64,000 bases of DNA from the NCBI GenBank assembly GCA_030141605.1, contig JAQGDQ010000037.1, positions 1-64,000 of the forward strand. The letters run 5' to 3'. Shown piece by piece: positions 54,407-64,000 of the stretch (position 1 is the first letter of the stretch; each line of letters begins with the position of its first letter). The translations under genes were made by a program, and so were the position numbers. The notes below the pieces were generated by a model, which was given only the letters and a program-made list of their open reading frames with translations, had not been told where the DNA came from and did not search any database. Origin of the DNA: Tubiluchus corallicola. Taxonomy: Eukaryota; Animalia; Priapulida.

Positions 54407-57400
54407 AGGTGAAGCTCCCTGGATAATGTTTGCATTATTAGTTATTGTTTTACCATGATCTTTCTTTTCAGTAATAAGTTAGATGTCAAATGTTTAATTA
54501 ATAAATTTTATTTGGGACATGTTTAAGTTTGTTTAAAAAAGCACCATTTCTGTCATTTATATTATCCAATTGGAGTAGTTTGTCCAGTGTATAGTTCAGA
54601 TTTGTAGCCTCGTGTATGATATTTAAAAACAAAGCTAAAATTAATGGTAAATGTTCGAGATAAAGTTTAAAGCTTAACAAATTTAACTAATGACAATTTT
54701 TCAAAAAAACTCAAATCAATGGCATTTATTATTAAATAGCAACAGTAAGCAAAGATGCAAATAGAAACTTCTTTCTATAACATTTCCCAACTTTGTTTAT
54801 TAGCAAGATAAAATGTTAATTATCAATTTCGTCTTACCTGTTATAATAATTAGTGTAAGTTCTGTTATTTCATTTGTTCAAAGTTTGTCTTGCAAGTTGA
54901 TCTTTCTGACGTAAAAACTTACAGAAAAGTAGGCCCTCTTGAAAACAGCTGCAGCTAAACGTTACACGTGCTAAAATAGTTTTGCCGTAAAATTTAATTT
55001 TAGTGGATGTGGTTTGTAAAAAATATTACTGTAGGGGCTGCTTACTGTTGCATTATACCTTGAACAATTGATCAATTTACCTTTTTTCAGTGATTTCTCT
55101 ACATCACATGGGCATAAGTTCCATAAATTAGCGCATTTAAATCTGTTTTGTCTAATCTATACAGTCACGTGTCGTTTGATTGAAAGAAGTAAGTATAGAG
55201 GTAGTGCTAACAAGTCACTAGTACTAGTCACCTGTGTTATTTGTTTTAATTCACTTCATTAGAGGTCAGTGAGGTCCTTGTCTCAACATGATGATGCAAA
55301 TAGCGTGTAATTTTTGATAAGTGTAATCAAAGACATTTACTGTATATTTATGTTGTAGGTAAATTCTATGAACTTCTTAGATAAATCTTCGTTTGCAGCA
55401 TGTCACTTCACTTCTTTAGTCCAATACTGTATTACTTTATGCATTAAGTATAATTATGTAAAAAATTCAATTAATACATTGTCTTCAACACATTTGTAAA
55501 ATACATTATATATCATACCACCAGAATTTTTAGACTTATTGACATATTAATTCCGACCGAATGTTTTACATGACGATGAGTTATGATATGTCATACATCT
55601 TATTTATGGGTCATGTTGCTCTCGTGCATCCTTATTAAAGTGTTAGGTTGCGGGAAAAACCTTTTAATTTTAATTTAAATTGGATTTAATTTACTTTAAT
55701 CCATGCAACACAACTTACCAATCTAACAAGGTAGTATATTGTCTAAAATCTAGTAAAGTTGTGTAACGATGTTTTGAAATCACGCATAGTGAAGTGCAGT
55801 GAATACGAAGTACGGTAATGCCTTTAGATTTTGACACTGTTCACATTGAATACAATGATTTAATTAAACATTAATTATTAATTTTAGTTAATTCAAAATT
55901 AGTATTTCACCTTATAAATATTATTTAAACATTTTAGCATGTGAAATGAACTTGGAGGTTTTGCAATATGATTTCATCTTGTGAGCTTATATTGCAGTTT
56001 TAACAAAGCAGTTGCAAATTATACTGCAGCTGGTATTGATAACGACACAATTATATTAACAACAGTTGAGTGACTTTACAATTTGCAGCAGTTTAGTGTC
56101 ATTCAAATTTTCATTTGGTAAATGTATATGGTGTACATGGTTCAGTATTTCTGATCCGAGTCTTAATGCTAACTATTTGGGTCCTTGTTGTGTGGTGCAG
56201 CATGCAAGGCTACTCTATTAAACTAACACAGTATTAAAATCAATAAAGCTGTTATGTCATAATACTCAAATACCTAGATTTTATAAAACTGGCTTTATGT
56301 GAGATTAGCTTCTGAATCATAGGAGATAATTTATAGGTGGAGCGTGGTAGTAACACCACAAGTGATAATAAGTAAGTTAGTAATTTATGTGTCTCAAATA
56401 TTTACAAAGTAAACATATACAAAAGTAAAAAAAAAATAAAATAAACCAGAAATGAGACGGGGTGACGAAAAACTAAAAGATACAGATTTTCTGAAAAGAG
56501 ACAATGAAACGATGTAAGAGGTTTATTGGAACACTGTAACTCTAGTAGTGCAACTTGCAGCATGCTTTGTACCCATGCCATTGCCTAATTTTAGATAAAT
56601 AGTGTCCTTTGGAAACCAGTTTTGAGTGGACTAGAGTTTATTACTTGGCAATAATTTACCTGCCTACATCAGTCGAGTGGTCTCATGTGTGTGTTTCACA
56701 ACCAAAGGTAAACAATGCTCAGGGCGCTCAGTGAAATAGTTGGAGTAAGTGCAGAGTCTTGGGCAGCTTTATATTTACACATTGGGAATTGTGGTTGTTT
56801 ACCTCTTTGAGAGAGGACTTATTCGCGTCCAAATGTGATTTCTTTAACGGTTCGGTGTCTCATCTGGAGGGTTTGTCTTAATAATATGCTGGATACCGGT
56901 CCTGCCAGATGCAGATTAAGTAGGTCCTTTTATTGATTATTGGATTCTAGCTTGCACAATGCCAAAAATTTTATTCTCGGTAGAGTATAAATTAAGATGG
57001 CTAGTTTAATATATTGCTTAAAGAGTTCACGTACCAAACATAAACAGTAAACGCCACTGACACCACAAGCAGAGTTTTACAACATCTGGAACAGTTTGGA
57101 ATTTCTATTAATGCAATAATTGCTTATATTAGATTACAACAATTTAGCTTCTAAATAAAATAAACGGCAACAAAAAGCCTGGCTATAGACGTTTTTTCTG
57201 TTATCAAGTATCAATTGCGTCAGTTTAAAATAACATGAAGACAATGTCTGAAAACTTGGTATAATTGTGTTATTTGAAATTTGAAAAAATAACCATTAAA
57301 TATTACTAAGAAGTAAGAACTTATATTGAAAATTCAGATTGAAGCTTTTCTGTAGGGTCATATTCAAAATCTACACCTAATTAACCATTCTAAACTAACC

Positions 57401-60400
57401 CTTCTGTAAACGTTGCGTCTTTAAAAATGCACCTGAGTTCAAGTTCAGCATCACCTTTTTATTCTGTTAAATTTGTTGTAGGATAAATAGCAAGACCGCA
57501 TTCAACCAAATACACGTTATCTGATTCAATGTGAATAGTTGAATACAACTGAATAACCACAAACATGCCTTTAAATAACTTAAAATGTGTTGATCAACAA
57601 CTTAACGTTATGCAACAAATAATAATATAATTTATTAATTAGGGCCTTCATAATAATTTGTGGAATTATAACTATAATTTTTATATGTACATTTGTGGAA
57701 TGTACGTGTGACAGCCTTAACAAACTGACTAACAACTGTCAGAAAATAGAGCAATTTAAATCGATTTTTCTATTAAAGAGTTGAATTTAGTAATAATCTA
57801 TTAAACTTAGTCGAAATCATTAAGTGATGTTAGCCAGGTTTTGAACTAGAATCCGCCTAATTCATGCCGCAAGCCCGCAGTCGGTCCAAAGCACAATAAT
57901 TATTATTCGTTGATAGCGTTTTTATGTAAGTATTCTATGTACAAATGCTCCAATGCAAATGCTACTACATTAACCAAGATGCATACATCCCAGAATGCAT
58001 TATGAATGTGAAGCCAGGGCGTGACCATCGTGGGCGGCACTCCCTGCATAAGCACACCGTCAACTATGATCAATTGCGCAGTGAACAACATTTTCAACCG
58101 TTTAAGCTACATTTTAATTGACTGTCTAGTTTTTGTGGTAGGCTACCTGTCATTGTGCCACATTTGTGGGAGATTTGAAATTATACTCCCTCTCATTTTT
58201 ATGGGCGCGCCAACTAATTTGCGTTGTCTTGAGAAAGCGTTTACTGCATTCCAACCATAGATCTGGTTACCACATGTTTGTCTTAGACGTTTGCATAGGA
58301 AGAGCACCCCTGCCATCCTGCTGTGAGCCCAGTCGACTGCTCTATATGTCTACTAATATAAGCTAACATTTCAAGCTGATAGAGTTTGGCAATAGATCGC
58401 TTAGTAAGTTCCCACTTCTACTTGCTACGATTGCTAAACCGAGTTCTGTGCAATTATCAATTAATTGGGTGTAAGCGTAAAACACAAAAAATATCCACTT
58501 AGTAAAAAGTCCACAGTTGTTGCTACGAAGCTTTCAAATAGTCTTGCAGTTTATGGGCCAAATTGTTTTACATAATTTTGCGAAATTTCGTAAGTTGGGC
58601 TGGAAGGAGCAAAGAGCATAAGCGAAAAATAATCTCTAAGGCCCATTTCACAAAGAGAACACAACCAAAATTATGAAAGAAATTGTTGATAGAAAATCAT
58701 AACATTTTCGAGTTTTTCTCAACAGGCATGCTGCAAAAAAGTTCATTTCGCACAGAAACCACGCAGTTTTTACACACATACAGCTAGTTCCAACATTCAG
58801 TGCCTTTACAGGTTGCAAGTTGTAAAAATAAGAATTAAATAGTTTTATTAATAAAAAGACTTCCTTATTTTTAAAGTAACTACTAACCACTTCACATTTT
58901 CAGAATGTAGATATACATGTACCCAAGTGGCGCACAGTTGTGTCGAAGTTTTAGTCACGATATTATAAGAAGAAAATAGGGGAATTGCTTGGAAATTACC
59001 ACACTGATGTTATACAGACTTTGCGTATAAACACCAAAAATTTTAAGTCACTCCCTTATATTTGTTCAAGGGTATAGAAATTTTAAATTAACAAGTAAAA
59101 AATAAATGTCAAAAAATGTTTGTGCCGCTATTGTTAAAATTTACAGCAAATGCTTTATGTGTCTACCATTTTGGTTTAAACTGCATTTTGTTAGTACAAT
59201 AAAAATTTGAAAGGTACATATATGGACAGCTAAAATCGCTAAGCAGTACTAAATGATTGCCTAACAGAGTATAAAAAACAAAACCTATATAAAACATTTC
59301 ACGTGAAGGCAGTTAACTGCCCACCATTTTCACTACACGAAAGCATTTCTTGCTCCAGCTGTTACAGTTACTCAAATCTTTGAGGATATTTATTTGGTCC
59401 CAGCCACTCAGCAGTTTTTGCCTGCAGTTGCTTTGCATCAAACGGCTGTATGCGACCATTGTACACTCTCTTAAAGGAAATTCTAGATAACATAATCCAA
59501 AAGACTAACTCCCATTTTTTTGGCTACAAATTATCAGTGTTTTTTCTGTGATGGTGACCATGATGTAAACTGGTTGATTTCTTGGTTTCTTGTTGTTTTG
59601 CTACCATGTATTGAGTGCTTTATACGTCACCGTTGCTGTTTTTCAGTTGACGATTGTAGTTGACGTTGTTCCTGCATTTAATTTTTTAACATGGAAAGTC
59701 TTTTCGCCTAGAACTTAAAAAGCCACTAAAACTATAAACTGTAACTTCCACATCCAAAGATTAATGTTTTGTAGTATCATACTGTGAAATTTTAACTTTC
59801 TACTTGTTTCTAATATTATTGTAGTCTAAACTTCGGCACATTTTTTTCTGCGCCACCCTATATAACAGTTATGTACATGTGTTGTTTACTAGTTTTCACG
59901 AAGATAGTGCTCACTGTTAGTGAAAGAAAAACTCGTTTATATAATAAGAATTAAGTTAGAAGCGTTTAATTATTATTTTTTTCTAAAGTACGCTAATTGT
60001 CGTTTGGTAATCAATAAAGAAGTGAACGAGCAGTAAATTTTAATGTGAGTTCCACAAGAAATCTTCACGAAAATGGAACAAGACTGCATTTCTATCAAGC
60101 GGCAAATTTCTTCGTGAGGTTCTAGGTGACGATAGAATTCCTCACGAGGAAAATAACTCCAAAAATTCCCCAAGAGGCACCTGTGTGAAATGCGTCATAG
60201 AAAGCAATATGTTCCATACGCACCACACCCAACGAATTTTTCCTCGAAAAATTTCGCCACGCGTTCACTAGGTGAAATGGATCTTATGCACATCCTTTCC
60301 TTTTATCTTCTTCTTGTCTTCAATCTCTTTCTTCTTTTTTAAGCACGTAAAATTAATTCTCATTTGAGTTCAGTTTGCGTAGATTCATGCAAGTTTTGTT

Positions 60401-61205
60401 ATCACTTTTTTGCTTAAACAAGGTAAATAAATACGAGTAACCATATAAAAGCCTGTATTACGGATGATTGATGAACTTTAAATTCCATTTTTGGGCTTAG
60501 AATATCTATAGAATACATTTAAGGATTTTATTAGAAATATCAATAATATGCAACGCATTTCTATTGTCAAATCACTAACTTCATTTACCCACAAGGTTTT
60601 CCTAAAAGCATGTAACACAGTTCAGCTTATTCAACACAGTTTGTTAATCCAAATCATCTTGATTTTAATGCCTAAAAAGGTACTTTTTGTCTTTTTGCTG
60701 AGTAGTAGTCTCTTTGCATTATTTTTAGTTCAGGAGAAAAAATACTTTAGTGAAAAAATGTTACATTGAAGATGGTATCATATTTGTTATTATTGTTTAT
60801 AGTTGTAATTTATTTATGGCGATCAAATCTCACAGTCTTTTCTAGGCCCTAAGTGCAAGACACTGTACGATTATACAGCGCTGATAACTTCATTTGTTTA
60901 CTAATAGGAAATCAATACTTTTATTAAACTAATAAAAAAACTTTTATTTGTTTACTGTTGGATCAGTACATGAGTATAAACTGACTGTAAGTAATGCGCT
61001 TTTAAGACAGCAAAAAAACGAACACTACATGCTAGTTAAGTTGTTCATTAAGAAAGTTAGTAATCAGGCTGGACGGCGGTGGTGTGAAAGAATTAAGGAA
61101 TTTTCGGGAAACCACGCGGTTTTGAGTATTGTCACCAGACTGCGCAGTTTTGATCTTTAATCCATGTACAGATAATGTAATAGATGATGTAATGTACAGA
61201 TCCAT

Positions 61206-61207
<2 letters not shown>

Positions 61208-61240
<33 letters not shown>

Positions 61241-61478
61241 CATTATTTAAAGTCGGCTTTTTAGATGAACAATTAATATAAGCTCTAAAGAGCTTTTGGG
61301 ACGATTTTAACTAACAGTCTTCAACTACATAACAAAAATTAGTATGACCCAACTTTTGCCCTAAATACCAGACAGGACAACATTTTTAAAGCCTTTGGTA
61401 TGACCCGGCCGCTGTATCGAACTCACGACTTCCCAGACGGAAAATTGACGCGTTACCACTACACTAAACCGTCTGGTC
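61208..61478 (-). mobile_element. tRNA-derived SINE
   Basis: Minus-strand head with A-box-like TAGTGTAGTGGTAA and B box GAGTTCGATAC, then GGCCGGGTCATACCAAAG, ending in an (ATT)n tail at 61208-61240. Confidence 0.7.
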
Positions 61479-63670
61479 AATGTTCAAAGTTCAAAGTAAG
61501 TGGTCCACAAATTCAGGAATATAAGATTGTGGTCATTGAGGGTGCTGGACTATGTTAAAAAAGAGTTTTCCACCAGTTTAGATATTTTAGGAGCATTATA
61601 CTATATTTTATGACATTATGACCACCGAGGGTACTGAACCAGACTAGCATCGAAGGCGGAGTCAGGTGGTCAATGGTTTCGTGATTGTTGTTGCTGCCTT
61701 GACTGAAATTCTTCACTACACCAGACACGCAGCCATGTATCTTACAGCGAAACGTAGTTTATAAGGTATATTCGACACTAAATTTTTAAAGATTAGTATC
61801 GACGTTACTGATGCAACGCCTGCCTTTAGGCCAAGGTGCCATATCAATTTAACAAAAATTACCAACTAGCCATTTCAACATTTCAGGCTTCCTTATACCC
61901 TTTATTAGATAATTAGAACTTTTATTAGAACATTATTACTATAACGTTGTACAACATTATTGTAAGATAACCAGTATGAGAACCAATATGCCAAATATAA
62001 CATGGCCAAGTTGAACTTAACATGAGTATCGGTAACCATTGTTACCGCCGCTCGTCAAGGGATGATTAACTGGGCCACACGCAAGTGAAACATCTAGATG
62101 TAATAATTGTCTGTTAGTTTACACCAGGCTTAGCTGTAACATGACACTAATCACTTGTGATGTCTTTTTCCTGCATTCTCTTTCTACGAACTCTTTCAGC
62201 ACATGACGACTAAATCTCCAAGCACATATGGTGAATGCCTTGAGATTTTGGGATAATTCCTACCAGTCTTATCTATTCCTGTTAAGCTGGCCTGGTTTAT
62301 GTAAGATGCGGATGCAACACTACGCGCTGATGCTAAACATCCAGTGTGCAATAAAACCCAAAGGTTTGTGTACGTGTATGTATATACTATATATGGTAGT
62401 ATATATAGTACATCAATAATATATACTGATATATATATATATATGGTATCAGTGATAAAGCAAAGAAATTATGTTCAAATCCAATTTAATTTTACACACT
62501 TTCAAAAAAATATAGAACTAGTAAATATCATAAGTTGCCTTTACAATGTTTAATTAGAGTACTGAATGACAACGATCACAGAAAATCTAATAAAACGCTT
62601 TGGAAAATTGATTTTTGCATGGTTGCATCTCATCTGTTAACGTACAAAGAATCAAGGCACTATTGATGATACATTCATTCCACTGTATCTAAAAACTAAA
62701 CTTTTATTCTTAACTAACCCGGGTGGTTAATTAATTTAAGGCTATCCTTTTAGGATCATCTATCGTTCCATTGGAAGGCATGGCTTCCATCAAGGCCTAG
62801 CTATAATTTTATATTAGCATTTTATTTATGTCTTGTTGTTGTTAACGGTTGTTAATCGAACTGACGCCTGCAGCCCACTATTTCTCAACCAGAAGAAAAA
62901 ACTGCTGTTTTTCTTGAATCATCGCGCTTGCTGCACCAACTTCCAGTTTCCCTGATCCTTGGTGCTAGTTGCTAAGCATCCCAAGTAGTTACGTGGGATG
63001 CTGAAGCCTAAGCAATCTTTCTCAGGTTGAGAAGAAAACATCTTGGCGAGCTATTTTTACAGCCAGAAGACACCCTATATGCGTTTCAGCTTTCAAAACC
63101 ATAACATACAATCCATCTGTTGAAAATTAATCCATGGCCGACTCAGCTGTTGAAATAAACCAGCGCAGAACTAATGAACAGCGCATGCTCAATGGCTGCT
63201 GGCATGTTTATTATTGCAGACTCCCGTGAGTAGGAGAGCCTGCCTCCAGGACGCCCGGTTTACATTGGAAGTCCTAACGTGGGTCGTTGTCATACTCTGG
63301 TTAACTGTCCTTCATTGTAATTCACTGAGCAATGCAAACAGATCGTTTGTTAATCAGTTAAACTGTTGTCTATTATAAGTTGATCTGTTTAAACATTGTC
63401 GTGTGGCTGCTGCTTAGATCGCTCCAGTCAGCGTCACCACCACCTCGAAGTAGATTCAAGTTTTCTCTTACAAGAGCAACGGCTGTTGGTGTGCGCTTAC
63501 AAAAACATATCTACAAACGCAAGCAGCCAATTGCGGGTAGTTACTGGGTGACCAGACAACGCGATTTTAACAAGGTTATCCATTTGGACGCTGAAAGTGA
63601 TAGACCGAGTTGGTGTATAAGATTTTGAAGTAAAGAGACGTAAGTGAAAAATATTACAATTATAGCAAAG

Positions 63671-64000
63671 ATGGTGAACACAAACGCAGACAACAGTATG
63701 TTACCATCATTTGGCTTTACACAGGAACAAGTGGCCTGTGTCTGTGAAGTTCTTCAACAGTCCGGTAACATCGAGCGTCTTGCCAGATTCTTGTGGTCAC
63801 TACCGGCTTGCGATCATCTGCACAAGAACGAAAGTGTTTTGAAGGCTAAAGCGTTGGTTTCATTCCATCAAGGCAACTTCAAGGAGCTGTACCGGATACT
63901 GGAGAACAACACGTTCTCTCCTGCCGCCCACCCAAAACTCCAAGCCCTTTGGCTGAAGGCGCATTATGTGGAAGCCGAAAAATTGCGAGGTCGGCCTCTT
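63671..64000 (+). CDS. Six1/2: Six1/2 (sine oculis) homeobox transcription factor, SIX domain; runs off the window end
   Basis: Translation [131 protein letters not shown] and [17 protein letters not shown] are Six1/2 signatures. Absent from the ORF track, probably because no stop lies in the window. Confidence 0.97.
   Translation, partial: MVNTNADNSMLPSFGFTQEQVACVCEVLQQSGNIERLARFLWSLPACDHLHKNESVLKAKALVSFHQGNFKELYRILENNTFSPAAHPKLQALWLKAHYVEAEKLRGRPL

Noticed and set aside
63380-63628. 82-aa ORF upstream of Six1/2
   Set aside because: Starts at TTG with no recognisable motif; probably promoter or 5' UTR sequence.

Overview
This is AT-rich, repeat-dense genomic DNA from an invertebrate animal, with GT-AG spliceosomal introns and no prokaryotic features. 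Most long ORFs in the supplied track are artefacts of micro- and minisatellites. Five host genes were reconstructed by hand: (1) a two-exon secreted or membrane LRR protein with a Thr-rich mucin stalk (1829-4096 +); (2) a four-exon cytosolic sulfotransferase-like gene with degenerate catalytic motifs and a 1-nt frameshift (12956-18425 +); (3) a five-exon, 235-aa secreted protein made only of the C-terminal extension domain of animal-type and Pseudoalteromonas alpha-amylases (30328-25287 -), whose last codons and stop are the first unit of a ~2.6-kb, 60-62-bp tandem array; (4) an intronless protrudin/ZFYVE27-like FYVE protein (53225-54406 +); (5) the start of a Six1/2 (sine oculis) homeobox gene that runs off the window (63671-64000 +). 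Mobile DNA includes two decayed Ty3/Gypsy elements, a young internally deleted BEL/Pao element with 340-bp LTRs and an ACACG TSD, several CR1/L2-type LINE fragments, a 5S rRNA-headed SINE with an 11-bp TSD, a tRNA-derived SINE, and MITEs of TTAA (Kolobok-like), hAT and Tc1/pogo types. All calls come from reading and translating by eye; family assignments rest on remembered consensus motifs, not database searches.
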